Source: Felis catus
Lineage: Eukaryota
Reading direction: 5' to 3'
Length of the DNA: 64,000 nucleotides
Assembly (NCBI RefSeq): GCF_018350175.1
Contig: NC_058368.1
Coordinates: 97,714,001-97,778,000 of the forward strand
The notes under the pieces are model-generated. The model did not search any database. It was not told the origin of the DNA and worked only from the letters and a program-made list of their open reading frames with translations. The position numbers were made by a program, and so were the translations under genes. The stretch's first letter is position 1. Each line of letters opens with the position of its first letter. Of this stretch, positions 51,826 through 64,000 are shown piece by piece.

Positions 51826-54800
51826 ATCAGTTTCCCACTTTCTGTTTTTTCTCCCAGTAAAGATACCTTTGATGCCATCTTGTTGTTGAGACAGGAGAAT
51901 TGGTTACTGGAACCTAATTTAAGACGCCCCTACCTCGACACTACCTCTACCCCTACATCTGCACTGCGTCCACATTTTGTGGTCCTTCAAATATTTAGAT
52001 ACATTTATGGCTCTCTGGAGAAGATTCCTGATGAACTAGGCTGATGAACAGTGAAAATAGTATGGCGACTCCGTGTTGTTCTCTTTTCATTTAGTGGAAA
52101 AAATTACACCCTTTTTAGGATCAAAGAGACTTGTTTACAGCATTAGAGGCACTGTTAGTTCGTCTGCGCTCTAGTCTGGGTTTGCCATTTCATACTGCCT
52201 TGGGGCTTGGGGCAGGTTTCCTAACTTGTCCAAACTTTCCTTATCAGTGAAAGTTGGAACAGCTGTTCCCACCAGCTTCCTAAGAAGGTCTATGGAGATC
52301 AGAGGCAGCAGTGTACCTCATGGCTGTCTACAAATGCACAGTTTACGTTCCCAGTGTAAGGTAGCATTGGTATTTTAAAAATATACTTACTATTGTTCCT
52401 TCACCACACGTTTGAATGGTAACAGTGTCACACAGTATGGATACATGTCTCTTTGCATAATACAGTGGCTAAAAAAGGTTTTCACAAAAGCAGAGTGCTT
52501 TTGTAGTTCAGGTTGTAACCCTGTGAGTTAGGTCCGGTGATGATGGCATGACCGATGGGGGTCACAGTTAACTTAGTGCACTCTTTAAGACTTCTCTTAA
52601 ATAAGTCTGTCTCACATTGTTTCATTGCATATCATTGACCTCAGAGAATTATTTACCCAGGCTTCAGTGCTTACGTGTTTGGTTGTACTTTGAACAGTTT
52701 CCACTTGAGGGTAGTGTTCTATTGCACAACAGAGCATTTGTTTCTTTACTTAAATATCCCGTTTGCCAATTCGCTTTTGAACTTTTCCTTACTTGGTTAA
52801 AAAGGCTCTTAAAAGACTGTTAGCTGCATGTCTTAAAATCTTGATTTTTTTTTACTGGTTGTTTCCTGTCATTGGAATAATTGCACGGAAATGGACATTT
52901 CATAGGAATTGAGTCTTGAGAATCTTTTCTTCATCTCTTGAGGGATAATGTAAACCTCTTTTCATTACTTTGTGCCTCCATACCGGTTTGTATTTGTGGT
53001 AAGACAATAAGACTGTATCGTTAGAAAAATGTATCCCAGGCCACATCTTGAGAAGCGCATTTCCTTAAAAACGTTATGTGAAAATACACCTGACTTAGTG
53101 GATTTTCAGTATGGCTAGGCCTTGGCTTTTTCTAATGTCTCTCTTTTTTATTTTAATATTTATTTACTTTTGAAAGAGCCCAAGCAGGGGAGGGGGACAG
53201 AGGATCCAAAGCAGGCTCTGCACTAACAGCAGTGAGCCTGATGTGGGGCTTGAACTCATGAACTGTGACATCATGACTTGAGCCAAAGTCAGGCACTCAA
53301 CTGACTGAGCCACCAGGTGCCTTGGTATTGGCTTTTTCTCTGCATCATTCTTTCGTCTCTTTAATCACCCAGTCCCACCAGCCTTGACTCCCATCCAAAG
53401 GGGGGGGGGGGAAAGAAAAACTATTCAAAAGAAAAAAAATTTTTTTCCGTATGTGGCAACCGTCAATTTGGTAATGTTAAAAAAAAACTTTAAATTTTAG
53501 TATATGCTACCATGCCATTTATTAACTGGTAAATTTTTTACTCCCCAAATGTTCATCTTGCGAAGTAAATTATTTCTTTGTCCCAGGTGTTTTTATTAAA
53601 TTGTGTTTTTCAAGTTCTTTGGTCTTGCTCTATATATCGTTTCATTAGGTTTTGCATACTATTATATAAATTTTACCTTAAATTATCACATAAAACTAAC
53701 TTTGTTATTTGTCCCCATTCTTTAGTTTTGTTACCTTCATACACTTGTTGCTAAAATCTGTGCAGGGGCGCCTGGGTGGCTCAGTTGGTTAAATGTCTGA
53801 CTTCAGCTCAGGTCACCATCTCATGGTTTGTGAGTTCAAGCCCCGTATCGGTCTCTTGTGCTGACAGCTCAGAGCCTGGAACCTGCTTTGGATTCTGTGT
53901 CTTCCTCTCTCTCTGCCCCAACCCTGTTCTGTCTCTGTTTCTCTCAAAAATACATAAACATTAAAGAAACAAAAAAGATTGGTTAGTCATCATTAAAAAA
54001 AAAAGAAAATGTGTGCATTATTGTAGTCATCCCATACTTAATTTTCAGTAGATGAGAAAGTCTTTGAGGACAGACACCACTTTTACACATCTTTGTGCCT
54101 CTCTGTAGATTTCCTTGCTAATAGTAAATGCTCAATTAATGTTTATACCTTTATGGCTGGATATAGGGAGATGCTATGTAGTGAGCGTGGTCACTTGTTT
54201 AACATATAATAATGGAGTCATGGTATCAATCAGGGACTGAATGCGTGAGTTTTATATGTAGTTTCTGATCTCTTTTAATAAATAATCTTTCTCTCTTTTA
54301 TTGTAGACCCTGATACAATATGTTTTATGAATACTTTTCTTCTTTTTGCTGAAATTGGGTTGAATCACGTTCTTTTTCTTTCCAAAAAAGGAAAACCATT
54401 GCAAAGTTGAACATTTCATGACATGAGCTTATGTTTAATACCTGCTTCATATCTGTATCTAAAAACAAAGAGGCATGTTTGAAAGTGTGTATCTCATGAT
54501 GTGTGTGTTTATTTATTAAGGTTTATTTATTTATCTTGAGAGAGCGTTATGCTTGCGAGCCGGGAAGGGGCAGAGAGAGAGTGAGAGAAAATCCCATGCA
54601 GGCTCCACTCTGTCAACACAGAGCCCTACTTGGGGCTCAAACTCGTGAACCGTGAGATCACAACCTGAGCTGAAATCAGGAGTCGGATGCTTAACTGACT
54701 TAGCCACCCAGGCGTCTGTCATGGCGTGTTTAATGAGATGGGGTTACCGAAGGAGGGAATTGAAGAGGTGACTGAAGACATATATTCACTGTAGGATTTT

Positions 54801-54858
54801 GTTTCCAATTCGTATTTGGACTGTCTAGAAATGACTTGTGTATGTTTTTGCATTGCAG

Positions 54859-54966
54859 TGAATGACCTAGGTGGGGACTTCAGGGGAGTTGGTAAAGGCT
54901 CCTCTGCTGCTGATAAGGTTGTTGAAGAAATAAGAAGTAAAGGTGGAAAAGCCGTGGCCAACTATG
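54859..54966 (+). CDS. HSD17B4: HSD17B4 exon 3
   Basis: ttgcag|(V)[35 protein letters not shown](D)|gtagga, 108 nt. Confidence 0.96.
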
Positions 54967-55649
54967 GTAGGATATTCGAAAGAACTATACTCTTTTGTTC
55001 TCCTTCAATTAACGCTTTTGCTCCCATTAATGATCATTGAACAAATACCTCAGCATTCCATTGTGATTAGGAGATTAGGTTTTTTTTCTGAGTCAGCCAA
55101 ATCTGTTTGGCTATCTATCTTATATAACATATGAGGTTTTCATAAACTTTTGATGTAGATTACTTCATGAGTCTAGCTTTTAGCATATTGTTTATGTAAT
55201 ATTTTTATTAATAAGCACATGATAAAATCAGTAAATTATTAATAATGTGGATATGAATATGCTCTTGTTCTTGGAAGACCTATTTTAGCTAAAACATTTT
55301 ATGTATTTCTACAGAGTAACATGAGATTCTTCTTTTAAAAATTGTTTTAGAACAGCTCTTGAAGTAATACAGCGTGGGAAGTGGAATGCCCCCTTTCTCT
55401 ACTCAACCACTGCGTTCCATTTTGCATAAGTAATCATTGCTTATGTAACTTTCTTACCTGTAGAAAAACTTAAGACTCAAAGTTAGGCATTAAAATGAAG
55501 ACAGGAGGAAAACAGCATTTGGTACGTTGATTATAATAGTATCTGTAAGGAACCTTCTCAACAGAAATGAGTACTCACTGACTTCTCTGCAAATCAGATT
55601 GTTTTTATCGGCCAGAGATAAAATTAGATTGCCAGTGACTTCATTTGAA

Positions 55650-55866
55650 ATTTTTTTTTTTTCAACGTTTATTTATTTTTGGGACAGAGAGAGACAGAGC
55701 ATGAGCGGGGGAGGGGCAGAGAGAGAGGGGGACACAGAATGGGAAGCAGGCTCCAGGCTCTGAGACATCAGCCCAGAGCCTGACGCGGGGCTTGAACTCA
55801 CGGACCGCGAGATCGTGACCTGGCTGAAGTCGGACGCTTAACCGACTGCGCCACCCAGGCGCCCCT
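55650..55866 (-). mobile_element. Young SINEC_Fc-type SINE in HSD17B4 intron 3
   Basis: Near-consensus copy with a tcattt(t)gaaattt TSD. Confidence 0.9.
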
Positions 55867-56689
55867 CATTTTGAAATTTTAAGGGAAGGGAAATAGGAAA
55901 TGATTTGTTTTGATTGTTCCAGGGAATAATGAGACAGACATCTTAGCATCTTCTTCACACTGAGGATCTAGAAAAATGTTTTCAACTTTTTTTTTTTTAA
56001 GTTCTGGAGTTTAAAGAATCACTTTTATAAAGATAATAATTCCAGACCCCCCCTTTTCCCCTCCCCCCGACTTTTGACACGCAACCCGTATCACCCAAGA
56101 TTCAGTGAGGAAAACAGAGGCCCCTCTAGGTTTCCAAGTGTGAAGCGTTTTAATGCAAAGAGTTAGAAGCTTGCATGACCATTGGAAGGGCATGTCTGGG
56201 AAACCGGGTAACCTTGTCAGCCTGCAGCCTGTGGTTCTTACGGCTCACCTAGATGTGCCTGTGAGCTTTCATCTGCACTCTGCTCATAAGATTTGCCCGC
56301 ACCCGCAGGCTTTTCCTCCTTTTCTGTCCTTTAGTGGGTATCTCTTTTTGGCAGGTCTAACTCCACTGTATGGATCTCAGGGAGGGGAATGTATTTCCCG
56401 GCTCCTTCCAAGTGATGGCAGAGAGCATAGAGAAAGGCAGGGGTGATGTTGAGTTGACACCTGACCATTTGACACACAACTGCGGGCCTGTGAGCTCTTC
56501 CCTTGGGCTGATGAACAGAAAATAAGAAAGCTATGCTATTTTGTTGAGCTTTACTTTTTGTATTTAATAATGCAGTGTCTCCATGTGTAGTTATATAGCA
56601 TTGGACATGCTTTTTCAAATTAAACGTGTACCCCCTTTCCTCCCTCCTCGTTTCTAATTTGCATCTTTAAGGGGAAGTGTCCGTGTGAC

Positions 56690-56815
56690 TTTTTCAAATT
56701 AAACAAAATGAAATACTCAGTTTGTCTGTCATACTAGCCACACTTCAAGGTCAGTAGTTAGTGGCTACTGTCTTAGTACAGAAATAGGACAGAAAGTTGT
56801 ACTAGACAGTGCTGT
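56690..56815. mobile_element. MER3/MER33-like hAT DNA transposon remnant
   Basis: tcatactagccacacttcaagg...tagtggctactgtctt...gaaagttgtactagacagtgctg. Confidence 0.5.
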
Positions 56816-57086
56816 TTCAGGTAGCGTTTGCCAAATATTCCTTATTCCCCTTCTCTTTCTCTCTCTCTTTTTTTAGTAGGTTAAATAATTGTTTTAGAGG
56901 CTACATTTCTTTTGTAACATTAGGTCATCTATATTTTGATTTGTTATGTGCCTGTAATACACGTTTATTTTTGTGGAAATGAATTCTGTTGAGAAGAGTA
57001 TCTGTCCTGTGCTCTGATCCACAGAATTTAGGAGTCATTCGTGAGGGATATTACTGATGTTTTACACTAATTTTCCCTTCCCCCAG

Positions 57087-57146
57087 ATTCAGTAGAAGCA
57101 GGAGAGAAGGTTGTGAAGACAGCACTGGACGCTTTTGGAAGAATAG
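57087..57146 (+). CDS. HSD17B4: HSD17B4 exon 4
   Basis: ccccag|(D)SVEAGEKVVKTALDAFGRI(D)|gtgatg, 60 nt. Confidence 0.95.
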
Positions 57147-57809
57147 GTGATGTTTCTTTGTGTTTATGGTCCTGACAGAGCACTTTCTACCTTTCCTAAT
57201 AAAATGTTCTTGATGTAATTTTGGTTTATAAAAAACTCCTTTTTTCAAACTTTTTTTTTTTTAAGTTTATTCATTTTTGAAAGAGAGACACAGAGCATGA
57301 GCAGGGGGAGCGCAAAGAGAGGGAGACACAGAATATGAAGCAGACTCCAGGCTTTGAGCTGCCAGCACAGAGCCTGATGCGGGGCTCGAACTCGTGAATC
57401 ATGAGATGACGACCTGAGCTGAAGTTGGATGCTTAACCAACTGAGCCACCCAGGCACCCCAAAACTCCTTCTTTCTTTATAACTAAATTTTTAGATTTGT
57501 TTTACAAATTATTTTATATACTCTACCTCATTCACACAAAGGGCTAAGAGGTGGCATTTTTTTTTAATGCAAGAATGTGTCGAGTTTGTTTTATATTTTT
57601 TCAGATTTTAAGAATGTTTAAAAAATTAGAAGCATTTTCTAAGTTCCTTATTTATCATAATTTAATTATACCTCAAATATGTTTATAAAATAAATATTTT
57701 GGCAATAGAGGACCCAGTAGAATTTTGGGATAATTATGATTTAGATTAAAATGATTCAATGTTTTGCAAATTAGTTAAGATGAATTATATATAATTAAAA
57801 TATTTATTT

Positions 57810-58039
57810 ATTTTTTTTATTTAAAAATTTTTTTTTTCAACGTTTATTTATAATTTTTGGGACAGAGAGAGAGCATGAACGGGGGAGGGGCAGAGAGAGA
57901 GGGAGACTCAGAATCAGAAACAGGCTCCAGGCTCTGAGCCATCAGCCCAGAGCCCGACGCGGGGCTCGAACTCACGGACCGCGAGATCGTGACCTGGCTG
58001 AAGTCGGACGCTTAACCGACTGCGCCACCCAGGCGCCCC
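57810..58039 (-). mobile_element. Young SINEC_Fc-type SINE in HSD17B4 intron 4
   Basis: Near-consensus copy with a taaaatatttattt TSD. Confidence 0.9.
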
Positions 58040-58916
58040 TAAAATATTTATTTTTAAGAAGCATTTCAGATGTGTTGTTTAGTTTATCCCTCTTTAGATA
58101 ATGTTCTTCGTTTAGTTCCACACATTCTTAGTAAAGGTTATTAGTTACTTCAGGGAAACATTACCTCTGGTAAGCCCAACATGTTTATAGTCTGGAAGAC
58201 ATTAACTTTTATAATTTGAATGTGCTCCCCCTGCTTTTATTTTTGGCTAGGATGTTTGTTTTTCTAGTTATGTTTGGTTAATCTTATGAGGGACTTGTTT
58301 ACATATAGTTTGACAGAGGGATAGAGGCCACAGAGGTGAGAAGTCACAGGGTGAAAACAGCCACAAGAACCTTAAAAAAATGGTTCCTTTTTTTTTTTTT
58401 TTTTTTTAAATAGTGGGAATACAAGTGTGTGTTATGATAGGCCATTAGTTTCTCACTCTGATGGGTTCCTTTCTGGGATTTTGACTTTTGAGTGGCAAAA
58501 ACAAATCTTTTAAACTTGATTTTCTGAGTGAATTCTGAGATTAATTGAGGGATGGCTTGTGGTTACCACTGAATGCTAAGAACCTTACAGGTTGGACAAC
58601 AGCTAATCCTACAAATAAGCTGATAGAATTTTGGCAGAAGGTGGAGGTGGAAAAACGTATGTATGTAAGTTTGAGAGGAAAGCACTGATAAGGATGTGAT
58701 ACTTGTGAATTGTTTTTTGTTTTTGTTTTTGTTTTTTTGTTATTTTACTTTAGGTATAAAATTTTTTTCTGATATCACTCTTTTCCTATTATTATTTACT
58801 TTTCCATGGGGGGGACCCCAATTTTGAAAAAAATATGAATTGTAAGCCAATGCAAATTAACATGCTTTTATATTTGTGACTTAGATATTTTTTTTTTTTC
58901 TTTTTTTATGTTGTAG

Positions 58917-58938
58917 ATGTTGTGGTCAACAATGCTGG
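58917..58938 (+). CDS. HSD17B4: HSD17B4 exon 5 (22-nt microexon)
   Basis: ttgtag|(D)VVVNNA(G)|gtgagt. Encodes the SDR NNAG motif; phases fit both neighbours. Confidence 0.94.
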
Positions 58939-59044
58939 GTGAGTATTTCTTTTTTCATTTTAAGTAAAATAATGTGTCTGTGAAATTTTTTTTTTCCAAG
59001 TAGATACTCCTCCCCTCTAACCTATATAATATCATTGTTTTTAG

Positions 59045-59091
59045 AATTCTGAGGGATGGTTCTTTTGCTAGAATAAGTGATGAAGACTGGG
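59045..59091 (+). CDS. HSD17B4: HSD17B4 exon 6
   Basis: ttttag|(G)ILRDGSFARISDEDW(D)|gtaagt, 47 nt. Confidence 0.95.
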
Positions 59092-60836
59092 GTAAGTTGT
59101 TTGTAACATATATCTCTGTGGGACATAACCTACCCATTTAACCTTATAATATTTGAGACATTTGTATATTTAAGGAAAAACCTACTTCTGCCTACTTTTG
59201 CTCCTCCAAATGTAGATGATGAATATGATGAATAAACTTTACAACTGAAAATGACAACAACATTTGGAAGTAGCTTATTTTCTTTTAACATTTGATAAAC
59301 CAGAAAACTTTAAATCAGTTGACAGAAGTTACCTGAATGGATTTTGTGCCTTTCAAGTCATTTTCCCCTTTATCTTGAGAAGATGTTAGCATTTCCCAGC
59401 TGTACTAACTCTTTTTTTTTTTTTTTTTTTTTTTTAGTTATTTTTGAGAGAGAGAGAGAGAGAGAGAGAGAGCAGGGGAGGGGCAGAGAGAGAGGGAGAG
59501 AGAATGGCAGGCAAACTTCTCGCTGTTAGCACACAGCCTGACATGGAGCTCGAATCTCCAAACTGTGAGATCATGACCTGAGCTGAAATTAAGAGTCGGA
59601 CACTTACCTGACTGAGCCATCCAGGTGCCCCTCAGCTGTATTACCTCTTTGTAACGGTCTTCAACATGCTTAGCTGCTTGTGTGATTACTATTTCAAGAG
59701 CCAGAGCAGGATATAGAAGGGGTGTGAGGCACTGAAGATGTTGGAGTTCTGAGAACTGGGGAGGGAAAACCATCGATGTAATTTCAAAGTTTCTAACGAG
59801 TAGGGGAAAATCCCATTAGGAATGCCACAGAAAGATTGAGTTTATTTATTTTTAAATGTTTATTTATTTCTTTTTGATTGGGGGTGGGGTTGGTGAGCCA
59901 AGGAAGGGCAGAGAGAGAGGGAGACCGAGAATCCGATGTGTGCAGAGCCGATGTGGAACTTGTGAGATCATGACCTGAGCTGAAGTCGGACACGTAACTG
60001 ACTGAGCCACCCAGGAGCCCCAGAAAGATTGAGTTTAGATAACAAACAAGTCACAGTTGTCCCATGTCCCCCGCCGTTTGGTCTTCATGCCTTTACTTTC
60101 ATTGGCTGTCAGAACGAAAGTAAACAAAGGTGGCTGAGACCTTGGGAGGCATGGCAACTGAGGTAAATCATATCACCGTCTATAGAATGTGCTTCTGGGG
60201 ACAATGGCCAGGAGTTCTTTCAGAAGAAAAATATTTTTATGATTGAGAATTAAGCAAAGAAGGGCTTTTAATTTCCTCTTTCTGTTTTAACAACCGGGGC
60301 AAAAAAAGAAGCTGAGAAAGTTAGCAAAAGGGGCTTACCTTTTCGATTTCCTTTCCACTCTGGTGGGGCCAGGCCGTTTCCTCCTCTGCTTTTATCCCAG
60401 GCTCACTATTCTGAACCCCCTAGTCACCTTCCCTTTCTTCTTTTTCTTTCTTAAGTTTCTCTCTTTTCATTTTTACCTTATTCTTCTAATATACACGTGA
60501 AAACATTTGTCGATGTTCCAGATCAGAACAAAAATAAGTAACGGTAAAACCTTGATAATTAAGAGGACAAATGAAATCTGCAGCTGTTTGTCTATCTGAG
60601 TCATTCCCCAACTTGTGTGTTCATGAGGTTGACATCTCTAAAAGCAGATGGGTCTGTCTTAACCCTGTCTCCTCCCTCTCTTCCTCCATTTTCTTACCTC
60701 CTCTGCCCCAACTCATTTATAGTTTACCCTGGTAAAAATAGGGAAATAGTGAGCAACGTTTTCTTGACAGTGAACTGTGTAGTTTATAATCACGCTTTTT
60801 CAAAATTTTATTTATTTCATTAAAAATGTTCATTAT

Positions 60837-61062
60837 TGGGGCGCCTGGGTGGCGCAGTCGGTTAAGCGTCCGACTTGAGCCAGGTCACGATCTCGCGGTC
60901 CGTGAGTTCGAGCCCCGCATCAGGCTCTGGGCTGATGGCTCAGAGCCTGGAGCCTGTTTCTGATTTGTGTCTCCCTCTCTCTCTGCCCCTCCCCCGTTCA
61001 TGCTCTGTGTCTCTCTGTCCCAAAAATAAATAAACGTTGAAAAAAAAAATTAAAAAAAAAAA
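60837..61062 (+). mobile_element. Young SINEC_Fc-type SINE in HSD17B4 intron 6
   Basis: Near-consensus copy with an aaaaatgttcattatt TSD. Confidence 0.9.
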
Positions 61063-62176
61063 TGTTCATTATTGAAGTATAGTTGACATACAATATTATA
61101 TTATTTTCAAATGCTCAGCATAGTGATTCAACAATTATATACATTACACTTTAATGTTTGTGTTGATTCCCAATGTATGTGTAAAATTCTTGGATATTTA
61201 TAGTAGTGGATTAAAAAAAATTTTTTTTAATCTTTATTTATTTTTGAGAGAGAGAGAGAGAGAGAGTGTGAGCAGGGGAGGGGCAGAGAAAGAGAGGGAG
61301 ACAGAATCTGAAGCAGGCTCCCGGCTCGGAGCTGTCACCCCAGGGCCCGACGTGGGGCTCGAACCCACGGACTGTGAGATCATGACCTGAGCTGAAGTCA
61401 GACACTTAATTGAGCCACCCAGGTGCTCCAGTGGATTTTATTTTTTTAAGTTTATTTATTTATTTTGAGAGAGAGAGAAAGCGCAAATGGGGGAGGGGCA
61501 GAGAGAGAGAGAAGAGAGTGAGAATTCCAAGCAGGCTCTATACCAGCAGCTTGGAGCCTGACAAAGGGATTGAAGCCGTGAGCTGCAAGATCATGACCTG
61601 AACCGAAGTCTGACACTTAACTGACCGAGCCACCCAGGCACCCCTGTAGTAGTGGATTTTTAAATTAAATTATTTTAAAATTAAAGATGGCATTGTATTT
61701 AGATGTGCTCAGGGATTATAATAATTTCATCATGAATTATAGGGAAAATAAGTATTAACTATTGATTGCTTACATAATTGGGATAAAAGCAAAAAATAGT
61801 TACTCAGGGAGTAGTGTGACAGTAGTTGATTTTGAATGCTTGGTATAGGGGTATCTAGGTGATTCTATTGGTTGAGCATCTGACTCTTGATTTCAGCTCA
61901 GGTCATGATCCCAGGGTTGTGGGATCGAGCCCTGCATTGGGCTCTGTACTGAGCGTGGAGCCTGCTTAAAATTCTCTCTCTCTCTTCTGGCCTTCCCCCC
62001 GCTCATGCTCGCTCACTCTCTCTCTCTCAAAATAAGTAAATTAACTAAAAAAGTTAAATGAATGTTTGGTATAAAATGGATGTCTATGTATAAATAAATC
62101 ATTGCTTATGTTGATTATGAGACATGCCTATCTAATTTTTAACAAAATATGTAATAAAAATAATTTGTTGTTTTAG

Positions 62177-62261
62177 ATATAATCCATAGAGTCCATTTAC
62201 GAGGCTCATTCCGAGTGACCCGGGCGGCTTGGGATCATATGAAGAAACAGAAGTTTGGGAG
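62177..62261 (+). CDS. HSD17B4: HSD17B4 exon 7
   Basis: ttttag|(D)[27 protein letters not shown](R)|gtagag, 85 nt. Confidence 0.95.
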
Positions 62262-62374
62262 GTAGAGTTGCATGTGGCTGTTGGGGGACTGGAGACGCTG
62301 TGTGTGGGTCCTCGTGTCCAGGGAAAGATTAAGTGCTTTGACATTGATGAAGATATATTCAGATCTGCACAGGC

Positions 62375-62406
<32 letters not shown>

Positions 62407-63406
62407 GACACAGAGATAGCACAAGGGGGGTAGAGACAGAGAGAGAGGGAGAGAGAGAGAATCTCAAGCAGACTCCGCACTCTAAGCGCAGAGCCCGATG
62501 CAGGGCTCAAACTCACGAACTGTGAAATCATGACCTGAGCTGAAACCAAGAGTTGGACGTTTAAACGACTGAACTGCTCAGGTGCCCCTCACAGGCTTTT
62601 TAATGCAGTGTTGCCATATACCCTCTCATTAAATTGGGGGTCATTTAGCCACCTATTAGCTGAGCTGGCCAACTTTGTATTTCTTTTCACCTCCTGCTTT
62701 TCATTATTAATGAATTTCCTGCTGCTCTCTGGTATTCTAGCAGTACAAACATGGAGGATTCAGCCGTACGTTATTTTTTAACCAAAGTATTATTTTGTGT
62801 CTACTGATCACATGAGGGGAGATGAGCTGTGTGTCCAGCTGGCTGGTACTGGTCAGACAGGAGCTGCTCTTTATGAATGGTTTGGGACCTGTAGGTCCCA
62901 TCTGTGGCAGTGTTTGTGCGAGTGCCTTGGAACAAAGCAGAGCTAGGAGGTGGCTTGGTGCCCTCTGACACAGCCTGTCCTGTTAACTTATGGTTCACAC
63001 GCATTTTGTAGCAGTAAATTGTGATACCTGTTGTTGGAGCATTTCTCCTGACCCTCAGTTTCTGAAAATGAATGATGTGAATTGTTTTCTTTGGTCGACT
63101 AAATAGAGTGAGTGAGATTGGGTCCAGTTTTGGAGATGGCATAGTTTTAGTGTGAGGCATTTAACGTTATCCACAAAAAGGGGCAGTGTAATGAGAAGTA
63201 AAGAATTGGAACTGGTTTTTCTTATACTTCTTATTGTAGCATTAACTCATATATTGCCACTTTATTTTGTTTATAAATATTTATTGTTGTTCTCAGTAGA
63301 TAATGAATATATGTTCTTACACTTGAATTTATTTGGTCCTGATTGGGGATTCTTTTTAAAAGTTAAATCTTGTAGTTAAATTTTGAGAGATTACTTTTAT
63401 TACTAA

Positions 63407-63763
<357 letters not shown>

Positions 63764-64000
63764 TAGCTTAGATTTTTCAGTGCTCTTAGCTACAAATCTG
63801 TGTGGAGTGAGTTTTGCAGAAGTACTTAATTTTCTGAATACTTAAAATGTTATTTATCTTACAGTTTCCAAAAGCATTATGCATAATTTGTATTCGTTAC
63901 AGAAAATTTAGGAAAACCCAAAGGAAAAAAATGTAAAATGATCCATAATTTTACCTTTCAGAGATGAACTTTCATTCTTTTTCTCTGCATAGGTACACAT

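Larger units (their letters stand above)
1556..62588. mobile_element. About 55 dispersed CAN-SINE (SINEC, tRNA-derived) copies of ~200 bp, both orientations
   Basis: Recurrent head ggggcgcctgggtggctcagtcggttaagc, (CT)n tract and A-rich tail. Examples: 1556-1765+, 3870-4075-, 5030-5243-, 7684-7890+, 7916-8150+, 14708-14907+, 18393-18632+, 26970-27223-, 35953-36161-, 47443-47683-, 53766-53975+, 59412-59630-. These explain most short ORFs in the track. Confidence 0.95.

Noticed and set aside
1556..62588. Many 60-140 aa ORFs with GAWVAQSVK / AQVMIS / ERERE motifs; tRNA-like heads; CRISPR-like or prokaryotic systems
   Set aside because: These are translations of CAN-SINEs. The tRNA-like heads are SINE Pol III promoters, not tRNA genes. 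The sequence is mammalian and has no repeat-spacer array.

Overview
Mammalian genomic DNA, very probably from a felid, since roughly 55 carnivore tRNA-derived CAN-SINEs are present, including near-identical feline SINEC_Fc-type copies. The window holds the terminal coding exon and 3' UTR of TNFAIP8 (+, 2177-~3850), a repeat-rich intergenic stretch, and the CpG-island promoter plus coding exons 1-8 of HSD17B4 (+, from 41595; the gene continues past the window). The intergenic stretch carries processed pseudogenes of ZCRB1 (3'-truncated) and RPL23 (full length, with target-site duplication), L1/L2/MIR/LTR relics and microsatellites. The most interesting signal is not recognisable in the ORF track. 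At ~36250-37490 on the minus strand, head-to-head with HSD17B4, lies what looks like a decayed, intron-containing coiled-coil + PRY/SPRY (B30.2) TRIM-like gene. Removing a 74-nt GT-AG intron joins its PRY-like and SPRY-like segments in one reading frame. Upstream of it is a separate CCAAT/GC-box promoter-like element (~39330-39480) with a minus-strand GTAAGT donor. All homology calls were made by eye from recalled family sequences; repeat boundaries are approximate.
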